Assembly (NCBI GenBank): GCA_046757665.1
Contig: JBHHYO010000034.1
Location: 1 to 28,667 of the forward strand
Reading direction: 5' to 3'
Source of the DNA: Nitrospinales bacterium
GTDB taxonomy: Bacteria > Nitrospinota > Nitrospinia > Nitrospinales > JAJDAT01
DNA length: 28,667 bases
Shown: positions 1-11,123 of the stretch, in pieces
How the letters are laid out: every line of letters starts with the position of its first letter
Numbering within the stretch: the stretch's first letter is position 1
Made by a program: the position numbers and the translations under genes
Notes under the pieces: generated by a model
Told to the model about the DNA's origin: nothing
The model's input: only the letters and a program-made list of their open reading frames with translations
The model's database searches: none

Positions 1-13
1 CTTCTACGCCCTA

Positions 14-271
14 TTATAGTCGGGATAATTTCTTTTTAAATGGGAAATGTGGGTTCAGTTTTTCCAGCGACAACACCAGTTCGATTTCCACCTCGGCGCC
101 GACGTTCAGCGGCCGCTCCATCTTGAAAAGAGCGCCGCTTGCACTGACATCGAGAGTGTGCGATTCGAGGTTCTCGTCTTGGACGTTCGTCTCGGCGCTT
201 TCCTTCCTCACCAAAATCCGGGCGGGCAGGTTGAGGGAAAACCTCTCCGCTCTTCTGTTTTCCGCGTTCAT
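14..271 (-). CDS. PilZ-domain protein (short, possibly C-terminally truncated)
   Basis: Has both PilZ c-di-GMP motifs, RxxxR (RRAER) and DxSxxG (DVSASG). ATG at 271 is preceded by GGAG (ORF track starts at GTG 286). Stops soon after VEIELVL. Confidence 0.75.
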   Translation of the reverse strand: MNAENRRAERFSLNLPARILVRKESAETNVQDENLESHTLDVSASGALFKMERPLNVGAEVEIELVLSLEKLNPHFPFKKKLSRL

Positions 272-364
272 TGATAGCTTCTCCACGGACGATTATTTTG
301 GTCAGCCAAAACAGGCTTTATTGTAGAAAGAGGAAAAAAATGTAAATTGGAAGAAAGCATTAAT

Positions 365-411
365 TTTGGCATTAGAAAACAAATGTGTATGTGCCGTTTT
401 CTAATGCCAAA
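365..411. repeat. Perfect 16-bp inverted repeat with 15-nt spacer (operator or terminator)
   Basis: tttggcattagaaaac (365-380) is the exact reverse complement of gttttctaatgccaaa (396-411); it lies between the LuxR and PilZ genes. Confidence 0.8.
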
Positions 412-454
412 GCATTAGACGGACTGGGAGAGGGAAGGGGTGGGGTTGCTTCGA

Positions 455-1087
455 TTAAAGATTCTTGCCGGCCCAGAGCGCCGCCTGGAACCTTCCGAAT
501 ACCTTGATTTTTTTAAAGATGTTGTGGGTGTGCGCTTTTACCGTATGAAGACTGATACAAAGGGTGTCGGCGATTTCCTGGTTGCTCGACCCGGAAGCCA
601 AATGCACGAGGATTTCCCTCTCCCGGCTGGTGAGATTATGGGTCCTCGCTTTTTTTCGAGGCGACCGGGGCTTTTGCGAAAGGAGTTTGCTCATGGTTTT
701 TCTTGAAAACCACATGTCTCCATCCAGAATCGTTTGAATTCCCTTGAGGAGCATTTCCCGGGATTCGGATTCGCCGAATACGCCGCGGATGCCTTGATGA
801 TACTCAGTATTAATTTCCAGATTGGCGGGAGCGTTAAAAATGGCGACAAGCGGGAGCGGAGAGGATTTGTTTACTTGAGCTAATTCCTGCAGGTTGTCTG
901 AGGTTTCTTTCTGATAGTCCAGCAGAATCAGGAGCGGAGGAGGGTTTGGCTTATGGACAAATTGATCCAGGATTTGTTCCATCGTGCAAAGATCGACTGC
1001 GAATCCCGTTTCCTTCTCCAAAAACGAGACCAACAGACTGTTGCCCAATTTCGGCGCGCCGACGATATGGATCCGTTGCTTTTGCAT
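455..1087 (-). CDS. LuxR-family regulator, VpsT/CsgD-like (atypical REC + LuxR HTH)
   Basis: C-terminal LTSREREILVHLASGSSNQEIADTLCISLHTVKAHTHNIFKKI is a LuxR HTH. N-terminal receiver-like domain (LILLD) ends in GDMWFSR. Confidence 0.9.
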   Translation of the reverse strand: MQKQRIHIVGAPKLGNSLLVSFLEKETGFAVDLCTMEQILDQFVHKPNPPPLLILLDYQKETSDNLQELAQVNKSSPLPLVAIFNAPANLEINTEYHQGIRGVFGESESREMLLKGIQTILDGDMWFSRKTMSKLLSQKPRSPRKKARTHNLTSREREILVHLASGSSNQEIADTLCISLHTVKAHTHNIFKKIKVFGRFQAALWAGKNL

Positions 1088-1275
1088 CGAATCAAACCTG
1101 ATTTATATCGATCTTGCTAACCGGATGAAAGTCAGATATTAAGCGAAAAAACATTTTACCATAAAATTTGGAATGGGGAAATTTTTTAAAGCCGGGAGGG
1201 TTAAGTTTTTCAGGGAAGAGGTTGTGACCAACGAGGTTGTTGACACCTGCAAAAGACGGTTGCTTCAACTTGTGG

Positions 1276-1533
1276 TCAAGGGGAGACTCGGTCCACCTTT
1301 AAGTTATCTTCGTTTTGAATTGTGATTTTGGGATTCACGGTTTTTGGGGGCAACGGCAGGCCTTTTTCCTTTAACAGATTGATATGTTCCTTCATCCCCC
1401 ATTTTGCCTTGTACAGGCAATCCTCGATCGAATGGCCGATTCCCGTAAAGCCCTCCAGGTCGGGGGAATAAAAACCAAAATAATCCGGCTCCTCCGTCGC
1501 TTCGATCACCAGGGAATAGTCCAGTTCAATCAT
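1276..1533 (-). CDS. hicB: HicB-family antitoxin
   Basis: YSLVIE...FYSPDLEGFTGIGHSIEDCL...EHINLLKEKGLPLP matches the HicB N-terminal fold; directly downstream of hicA. Confidence 0.85.
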   Translation of the reverse strand: MIELDYSLVIEATEEPDYFGFYSPDLEGFTGIGHSIEDCLYKAKWGMKEHINLLKEKGLPLPPKTVNPKITIQNEDNLKVDRVSP

Positions 1534-1542
1534 TTTTTTCCT

Positions 1543-1737
1543 TTAATTGTTTTTTGTTATATTCGCAGACTTCAGTATGGCATGGCAAGTTCCCTTGGGA
1601 ACCTCCTTGGAACCATGATAGTCCAATCGAATCAACTTGTCATGCCCTTGCTTTTCATAATACCGGATGGAACCTTTTTGTTTTGCCAATTTGAAACCGT
1701 TTTTCTCCAACAACCTGACCAGTTCGGTGAACTTCAC
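1543..1737 (-). CDS. hicA: HicA-family toxin (mRNA interferase)
   Basis: 64 aa, basic, ELVRLLEKNGF...QKGS...HGSKEVPKGTCHAILKSA; GTG start; 9 bp upstream of hicB. Confidence 0.85.
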   Translation of the reverse strand: MKFTELVRLLEKNGFKLAKQKGSIRYYEKQGHDKLIRLDYHGSKEVPKGTCHAILKSANITKNN

Positions 1738-1830
1738 TTTAGTCTCTTTGCAGAACTTTATCCAATTAGATCAGGATATTACTTTATCATAATTTTTTTG
1801 ACCTACCAATTTTTCGTCCGGCGTCGGATT

Positions 1831-2595
1831 TCAGCTGGAAACCAGCTTCCTGCCGCCGGGGTCGAAAATCGGGATGGATTGTAGCCCGGCTTTTGCCGCG
1901 GCGTATTGCGCCGCCGTTTGCAGGACGCCGACGCCGTATTTTACACTGCGGCTGAAACTGATCGACGAGGCGTCGTCGAAATATTTCGCCGGACAGGACA
2001 CTTCGCCCACCTTGAATCCGAAATAGAGGATTTGCAACAACATCTGGTTGTCGAAAACGAAGTCGTCGGAGTTTTCCAAAAGAGGAATGGTTTCGAATAT
2101 CTTGCGGCTGAAGGCCCGGTAGCCGGTGTGGTATTCGGAAAGTTTTTGTCCGATGATGAGGTTTTCCAGAAAGGTGAGGGCGCGGTTGGAGACGTATTTG
2201 TAAACCGGCATTCCCCCCGCCAGCGCCTGGTTTCCCAGAATCCGCGAGGCGATCACCGTGTCAAACTCTCCAGAGGCGATCATCGAAACCATCGCCGGAA
2301 TCAGTTTTGGCGTGTATTGGTAATCCGGGTGCAACATGACGACGATATCGCCGTTGCCGTTCAACGCTTGCTGATAGCAGGTTTTCTGGTTGGCGCCGTA
2401 GCCTCTGTTCCTCGGGTGCACGAAAGTTTGCAGTCCCAGTTCCCTGGCGACTTCCACCGTGCGGTCGTTGCTGGCGTCGTCGGTCAGGATGATTTCGTCC
2501 GCCACGTCCTTGGGGATTTCGGCGTACGTCTGGCGCAGGGTTTTTTCGGCGTTATACGCCGGCATGATGACCGTGACCTTTTTTCCGTTTAACAT
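1831..2595 (-). CDS. Glycosyltransferase family 2 (DPM1/polyprenol-phosphate sugar synthase-like)
   Basis: VIMPAYNAE, DDASNDRT, NRGYGANQK and HPDYQY motifs. Confidence 0.9.
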   Translation of the reverse strand: MLNGKKVTVIMPAYNAEKTLRQTYAEIPKDVADEIILTDDASNDRTVEVARELGLQTFVHPRNRGYGANQKTCYQQALNGNGDIVVMLHPDYQYTPKLIPAMVSMIASGEFDTVIASRILGNQALAGGMPVYKYVSNRALTFLENLIIGQKLSEYHTGYRAFSRKIFETIPLLENSDDFVFDNQMLLQILYFGFKVGEVSCPAKYFDDASSISFSRSVKYGVGVLQTAAQYAAAKAGLQSIPIFDPGGRKLVSS

Positions 2596-2761
2596 ATCCT
2601 CGATGCAAGTGAAATTCGATTCAGGCGTTTTGCCGCCGTGTATTATACCTTCTTGCGGTCTCGCGGTTTAAATATTATGCTTGCAAGTTTCGATAACCGG
2701 AGCAGGCCGGAGGTTTTTTTGCTACCATGGAAAAATTCAATCTTCTTTTCAGGACGCGGGA

Positions 2762-3856
2762 ATGAGTCGGACAAAAACGGAGTTTACCATCGCGCTGTTG
2801 CCGGGCGACGGCATCGGGCCGGAAGTGGTGCGCGAGGCGGTTAAAGTTTTGCGGGCCATCGAGTCCAGCCAGGACTTTCGCGTGAGCTTGAAGGAAGCGC
2901 CGGTCGGCGGCGCGGCATACGAGGCCGCGGGCCATCCCCTGCCCGACGAAAGCCTGGAAACCGCCAGGCAGGCCGATGCCGTTCTGCTGGGCGCCGTCGG
3001 CGGACCGCAATGGGAGCAACTCGACTTCGCCCTGCGCCCGGAACGCGCCTTGCTGGGCCTGCGGTCCTCACTCGGACTTTACGCCAACCTGCGCCCGGCC
3101 AGGGTGTTTAGGCCTCTTGTCGATTCCTCGTCCCTGAAACGCGAGGTGGTGGAAAACCTGGATATTCTCGTGGTACGGGAGTTGACCGGCGGCATCTACT
3201 TCGGCGAGCCGCGCGGCGTGGAAACCCTGGCCGACGGCTCCCGCAGGGGCGTCAACACCCTGGTTTACACGGAAGCGGAAATCGTCCGCATCGCCCGCGT
3301 CGCCTTCGAGGTGGCGCGTAAAAGAAATAAAAACGTCGTCTCCGTCGATAAGGCCAACGTCCTCGAATGCACCGGGCTGTGGCGCGACGTGGTCACCGAA
3401 ACGCATCGGGATTTTCCCGACGTCGCCTTGCGCCACATGTACGTCGACAACTGCGCCATGCAACTGGTGCGCGACCCCCGGCAGTTCGACGTCATCCTGA
3501 CCACCAATATGTTCGGCGATATCCTGAGCGATCAGGCATCCATGCTGACCGGCTCCATCGGCATGTTGCCCTCGGCGAGCACCGGCGGCGAAACCGGAAT
3601 GTACGAACCCATCCACGGCAGTGCGCCGGATATCGCCGGTCAGGACATTGCCAATCCCCTGGCGACGATTCTTTCCGTGGGCATGATGTTGAGCTATGCG
3701 TTCGACCGGGAGGAATCCGGCCTGCGGATTGAACGCGCCGTCGAGGCCGTGCTGGACAAGGGCTATCGGACAAGGGACATCATGAGCGCCGGCATGAAAG
3801 AGGTTGGAACACAAGCCATGGGCGACCGGGTCGTCAAGGAGTTGCAGGAAGGATAA
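2762..3856 (+). CDS. leuB: 3-isopropylmalate dehydrogenase
   Basis: [38 protein letters not shown] and [16 protein letters not shown] at 2762 is preferred over the ORF-track start at 2681. Confidence 0.97.
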   Translation: MSRTKTEFTIALLPGDGIGPEVVREAVKVLRAIESSQDFRVSLKEAPVGGAAYEAAGHPLPDESLETARQADAVLLGAVGGPQWEQLDFALRPERALLGLRSSLGLYANLRPARVFRPLVDSSSLKREVVENLDILVVRELTGGIYFGEPRGVETLADGSRRGVNTLVYTEAEIVRIARVAFEVARKRNKNVVSVDKANVLECTGLWRDVVTETHRDFPDVALRHMYVDNCAMQLVRDPRQFDVILTTNMFGDILSDQASMLTGSIGMLPSASTGGETGMYEPIHGSAPDIAGQDIANPLATILSVGMMLSYAFDREESGLRIERAVEAVLDKGYRTRDIMSAGMKEVGTQAMGDRVVKELQEG

Positions 3857-3858
3857 TT

Positions 3859-4884
3859 ATGCTGGAAAAAAAGGAACGATACCGTGTTGCCGTCGCCGGA
3901 GCCACCGGGGCCGTGGGCCGGCAGATGGTTTCCATTCTGGAGGAAAGAAATTTTCCCGTCGGCGAGTTGGTTCCCCTGGCCTCGGCCCGTTCCCGGGGCA
4001 AGCGGCTCACGTTCCGCGGCGCGGACGTAGAGGTTCGCGAGCTTGCCGAAAACTCCTTTGAAGGCGTCGATATCGCCTTGTTCTCCGCCGGCGGCACGGT
4101 CAGCAGGCGGTTTGCCCCCGCCGCGGTCCGCTCCGGATGCGTCGTCATCGACAACAGTAGCGCCTTCCGCATGGAAAAGGACGTTCCGCTGATCGTCCCC
4201 GAAGTCAACCCCGACGCCCTGGGCGAACGGCCGGAGATCATCGCCAATCCCAATTGCTCGACCATCCAGATGGTGGTTGCCCTCAAACCCATTCACGACC
4301 GTTACCGCATCAGGCGGGTGGTCGTTTCCACCTACCAGGCGGTGTCCGGCTCGGGACAGAAGGCCGTGGACGAGCTGGTGCGGCAAAGCGCCGCGGCGCT
4401 GGACGGCAAGGAAGCGGCCTGCAACGTGTATCCGCATCAAATCGCCTTCAACTGCCTGCCCCACATCGACGAGTTTCTCGACAACGGCTACACCCGGGAA
4501 GAAATGAAGATGGTCAATGAGACCCGGAAAATTCTGGAGGATGACAGCATCCAGGTATGTCCTACAACGGTGCGGGTTCCCGTGCTCAACGCGCATTCGG
4601 AGTCGGTCAACGTCGAGACCGAAAAACCCATCGACGCGGCAGAAGTGCGAAGGCTTTTCGCCAAGTCGCCGGGAGTGGAAGTGGTGGACGATCCCGCAAA
4701 AAAGGAATACCCGCTGGCAACCCGGGCGGCGGGGAAGGACGCCGTTTTCGTCGGCCGCATCCGCGACGATATTTCCTGCGCTAACGCAGTCAACTTTTGG
4801 GTGGTGGCAGACAACCTGCGCAAGGGCGCCGCGTTGAATGCGGTGCAAATCGCTGAATTATTGCTGGCTCGGATGAACCGCTGA
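3859..4884 (+). CDS. asd: Aspartate-semialdehyde dehydrogenase
   Basis: GATGAVG, IDNSSAFRM, NPNCST (catalytic Cys), STYQAVSG and DNLRKGAALNAVQIAE. Confidence 0.97.
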   Translation: MLEKKERYRVAVAGATGAVGRQMVSILEERNFPVGELVPLASARSRGKRLTFRGADVEVRELAENSFEGVDIALFSAGGTVSRRFAPAAVRSGCVVIDNSSAFRMEKDVPLIVPEVNPDALGERPEIIANPNCSTIQMVVALKPIHDRYRIRRVVVSTYQAVSGSGQKAVDELVRQSAAALDGKEAACNVYPHQIAFNCLPHIDEFLDNGYTREEMKMVNETRKILEDDSIQVCPTTVRVPVLNAHSESVNVETEKPIDAAEVRRLFAKSPGVEVVDDPAKKEYPLATRAAGKDAVFVGRIRDDISCANAVNFWVVADNLRKGAALNAVQIAELLLARMNR

Positions 4885-4910
4885 CCGGCCCGAACGGACG
4901 ATCTAAAAAA

Positions 4911-5086
4911 TGAAACCTTTGCATAAGTCGAGATTCTTCGCCGCCCCGATGTCATCGCGAGCCGCGACCAGCGGCGTGGCGATCCAGCCGGGCCAACGCC
5001 CGGTGGGAATGGGTCCTTTCTGGATTGCTTCGTCGGCTGAGCCGCCTCGCAATGACAGTCAACCAAGGATACTTATGCAAAGGTCT
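4911..5086. mobile_element. MITE-like element enclosing a REP-like palindrome
   Basis: 14-bp perfect terminal inverted repeats acctttgcataagt (4915-4928) / acttatgcaaaggt (5071-5084). Flanking 9-bp direct repeat tctaaaaaa (4902-4910, 5087-5095). Inner inverted repeat gtcatcgcgag (4951-4961) / ctcgcaatgac (5046-5056). Confidence 0.7.
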
Positions 5087-5193
5087 TCTAAAAAACGGGC
5101 TCGCCGCCTTGACACAAGGGCGGCATAAGTTATATAAAACTAACAAGTTGTAGTCGTTTAACCGAGTCGGATTTTTATTTCGAGGCAAGTTTT

Positions 5194-7467
5194 ATGGCAG
5201 AAGATTCCTTATCGAAGAAAAAAGACGAACCGCAGGGCAAAGTTGCCGGACAGCCTGAAAAAAAAGAGGTGGCGGAATTTAAACAATTGATCGACGTCGC
5301 CGCGCATGAACGCAAAAACCTGCAACTTCTGGTCGAATATTTCGAGAAAAACGCCGGCCGCCTGGACGAAAAAAAAGCGCTGTTTGACCGAATCGACACC
5401 AAACTGCCGGACACCCTGGCCAAGCTGGAAACGCTGAATAAACAAGCCGACGAAGTCAAGGCCTTCGAGCTTCGCATCCGCGACTTCCAGCGGACCTCAC
5501 GGGAACTGGATTCCAACTACGTCGCCCTCAAACGGAATATCGACAACCTCCACATGCTCAGCGAGCATGTGGACCTCAAAATGAAATCCCTGCAACAGCA
5601 ACGCGGACTGGTCGAAAAGGCCAATGAAGACGCCGCCCGGCTGAATGTCCTGATTTGGGACATGGATTCCAAAATCAAAAAATTGCAGGAAGAAAACAGG
5701 CTGGTCAAAAACACCGACAAAAATATCAACCGCCTCGAATACATGCTGGATAAAATTTCCAGCCAGGTTGAAGAAGTCAGCAGTTTCAAAAAAATGATGC
5801 GCACAAGTTCGGACCGGTTGTCCGAAATGGACGGCTTGATGAAGGAACTCGATATCAAGTTCGACCGCCTCAGAAAAGAAAAACAGGTGATCGAAAGCGT
5901 TTTCAAGGATTCCGAGGAATTAAGAAATATTTTGGAAAAGGTGCAGACCGATGCCGAGGGACTCATGCGCCAGGGGCAGGTCATCCGCGAAACCAAGGAT
6001 TCCATCAACCAGTTGTCCCACGATATCAACGACCTGAAAATCGAATCCAAAAACATCTCCGTTAAAAACGAAATGATCCGTCGTATCAGCGGCCGATTGA
6101 AGGAACTGGACGGGTTGGCCGTTGATGTGGAGGGCAAGTTGGCGCGGATTCGCGAAGACCGCCACATTATCGAAAAAACCGAGGAGAAGATCAACCGCCT
6201 CAATGCCTTTCTGATCGATAACCTGGGCAACAAGATGAAGCTCCTCAAGGACGAAATGAAAGTCATCGACACCGCCCTGGAAAAGATGAGCCGGTTTCAT
6301 GTGCTGGTCGAGGAGACCGAGCAAAAAGCCAGGCGCTTCGAGGAGGAAATCAAGAAGGCGGACGAAGTCACCGTTGTGTTGATGAAAAATCAGGAACTCA
6401 TGGAGGCCGGGCGCGGGCAGATGGAGGAAATTATCCGCAAGCGCCAGCTCGTCGACCAGGTGGACAGGAAAATCAACGACCTTAGCTCCATGGTGATCAG
6501 TCTCGACGTTAAAATGGAAACCCAGATGCAACGTAAGGCGCTCATCGAAAAAATGGAGAAAAAAGTCGACGGCCTGGACTTCTTCATCGAAGAAGCCAAC
6601 ATGAAAATCGCCAAGGTCAGCAAAAAAATCGATTTCCTGGAAAAAGTCGATCAAAAACTGGAGGACCTCAAGTCCACGACCAACCAGGTGGAAGCCAAAA
6701 TGCTGGACATCACCAAGGAGAAATCCGCGATCGACGAGCAGGAAAGGCGGATGAATAATCTCCTGTCCAAGCTGAATATCATGGAAATCGAACTGCGGAC
6801 CAAGTTCACGGAATTGCAGGAGGCCAAGGATGACCTCTCCAAACTCGACCAGATCCGCGAAGAGCTGGGCCAGATCAGCGTGAATTTTGAAAACAAGGTG
6901 CAAGCCCTCAATAAAGAAACGCAGGTGATTGCGGATACCGAAAAACGGGTCGGGCGGCTGGATGAGATGATGAAGGACTTGCGTTTAAGGCAGGATACGC
7001 TCCACGAGAACGAAGACCAAATCGTCCAGGCGGAAAAGAAAATCGAGCGGCTCAACAGTATCGTGGCCGAGACCGAAGCCAGGATCAAACAGGTTGTCGA
7101 AAGCGAGGAAAAGGTTCGGCAGACCCAGGAAGCCTTGAACGAGTTGGATAGCATCATCCGCAGGGTCAATTCCGAAAAGAAAAAAATCAACCAGGAAAAA
7201 GAAAACCTGGCCCGCATCAATTCCAATATCGAAAAGTTAACGGCCATCACCGGGGAAGCGGAAGAAAAAATCGACGTACTTAACGGAAAAATAGAGTTGC
7301 TTGCGGAAGTGGAGAAGCGTTTGAACCAACTGAACATTCTGTCGGACGACGTCAACGTCAAAATCAGAAACCTGACAAAAGACCGGGAAGCGGCCGACCG
7401 GGCCGGGGAACAGATCGCGGAATTGAAATTCCTTCTCAGGGAAATCGAAAGGAAAAAACAAGGTTAG
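5194..7467 (+). CDS. Large coiled-coil protein with 31-aa repeat, function unknown
   Basis: 757-aa ORF with GAGG RBS, rich in E/K/L/I, almost no Pro after residue ~75; no ATPase head, transmembrane helix or signal peptide seen. Confidence 0.85.
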   Translation: MAEDSLSKKKDEPQGKVAGQPEKKEVAEFKQLIDVAAHERKNLQLLVEYFEKNAGRLDEKKALFDRIDTKLPDTLAKLETLNKQADEVKAFELRIRDFQRTSRELDSNYVALKRNIDNLHMLSEHVDLKMKSLQQQRGLVEKANEDAARLNVLIWDMDSKIKKLQEENRLVKNTDKNINRLEYMLDKISSQVEEVSSFKKMMRTSSDRLSEMDGLMKELDIKFDRLRKEKQVIESVFKDSEELRNILEKVQTDAEGLMRQGQVIRETKDSINQLSHDINDLKIESKNISVKNEMIRRISGRLKELDGLAVDVEGKLARIREDRHIIEKTEEKINRLNAFLIDNLGNKMKLLKDEMKVIDTALEKMSRFHVLVEETEQKARRFEEEIKKADEVTVVLMKNQELMEAGRGQMEEIIRKRQLVDQVDRKINDLSSMVISLDVKMETQMQRKALIEKMEKKVDGLDFFIEEANMKIAKVSKKIDFLEKVDQKLEDLKSTTNQVEAKMLDITKEKSAIDEQERRMNNLLSKLNIMEIELRTKFTELQEAKDDLSKLDQIREELGQISVNFENKVQALNKETQVIADTEKRVGRLDEMMKDLRLRQDTLHENEDQIVQAEKKIERLNSIVAETEARIKQVVESEEKVRQTQEALNELDSIIRRVNSEKKKINQEKENLARINSNIEKLTAITGEAEEKIDVLNGKIELLAEVEKRLNQLNILSDDVNVKIRNLTKDREAADRAGEQIAELKFLLREIERKKQG

Positions 7468-7656
7468 CCGTTCGCTTGCGGGGTTGCCCGGTTCGACAAA
7501 ACATTGCCTTTCCTTGCCCGGAAAACCGGGCCGGTCCTCTTTTCGCGCTTTTTCTAAACAATCGTTTCTAGCGGCAGGTTTTGGCGGCCTTGCGGCCTGC
7601 GGTTTCCGCTTTGTCCTTGCCGTCCAACCCTCAAACGCAACACGGAGAATTGAACG

Positions 7657-8513
7657 ATGGCGGAAAAAATGCTGGGAGTGATCGGCGGTAGCGGGCTCTA
7701 CCATATGCAGGCGTTGAAGGTTTTGCGGGAGGTCGCCGTGGAAACGCCCTTCGGCGAGCCTTCTGATTCCTTGATCCTGGGTGAGATCGGCGGCGCCCGG
7801 CTGGCCTTCCTGCCCCGCCACGGCAAGGGCCACCGCATCCCGCCTTCGGAAATCAACTTCCGCGCCAACATCTTCGCCATGAAAAAAATGGGCGTCGAAC
7901 GCATCATCTCGGTGAGCGCGGTGGGGAGCATGAAAGAAGAGATTCCCCCCGGCCACATCGTGATTCCCGATCAGTTTATCGACCGGACGCACCGGCGCAT
8001 CAGTACCTTCTTCACCCACGGCATGGTCGGACACGTGGCGTTCGCCGACCCGGTTTGCCGCGATTTGTCCAGGGAAGTGGCCCAGGCCGGCACGCAGGCC
8101 GGAGCCGATGTCCATGTCGGCGGAACGTATATCTGCATCGAGGGGCCGCAATTTTCCTCACGCGCCGAGTCCCATGTGTACCGCCAATGGGGAGTCGATG
8201 TGATCGGCATGACCAACGTCACCGAGGCCAAGCTGGCGCGCGAGGCCGGCATCTGTTACGCCACGGTGGCGCTGGTGACCGACTACGATTGCTGGCGCGA
8301 GGAGGAAGAGGCGGTGACCGTGGAGGCGGTTATGGAGATCATGCACAAAAACGTGGAGCTGGCCCAGCGGCTGGTCGAAAACGCGGCCGGCCGCTTGACC
8401 GGGGCGCGAAACTGCGCCTGCGCGGACGCCGCCCGCCACGCCGTGGTCACCGATAAAAACGCCATCCCCGACCGTCTTAAAAAAGATTATGCCATTTTGT
8501 TTGGGGACGGATC

Positions 8514-8517
<4 letters not shown>
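7657..8517 (+). CDS. mtnP: S-methyl-5'-thioadenosine phosphorylase
   Basis: [54 protein letters not shown] and VTDYDCW. Confidence 0.95.
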
Positions 8518-9803
<1,286 letters not shown>

Positions 9804-9809
9804 ACTTGA

Positions 9810-11114
<1,305 letters not shown>

Positions 11115-11123
11115 TCCGAAGGG

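Noticed and set aside
1218-1240. Direct repeat gaggttgt x2 upstream of the LuxR gene
   Set aside because: Only 8 bp in two copies; too weak to call.
4910-5128. 72-aa ORF containing WIASSAEPPRND
   Set aside because: It is a translation of the palindromic repeat element, not a credible protein.
5194-7467. SMC/SbcC or chemoreceptor annotation for the coiled-coil protein
   Set aside because: No Walker A/B, hinge, TM helices or MCP signalling hairpin motif.
7468-7656. Possible SAM riboswitch or tRNA upstream of mtnP
   Set aside because: Only short GC hairpins; no SAM-I core or cloverleaf despite a ggttcga-like string.
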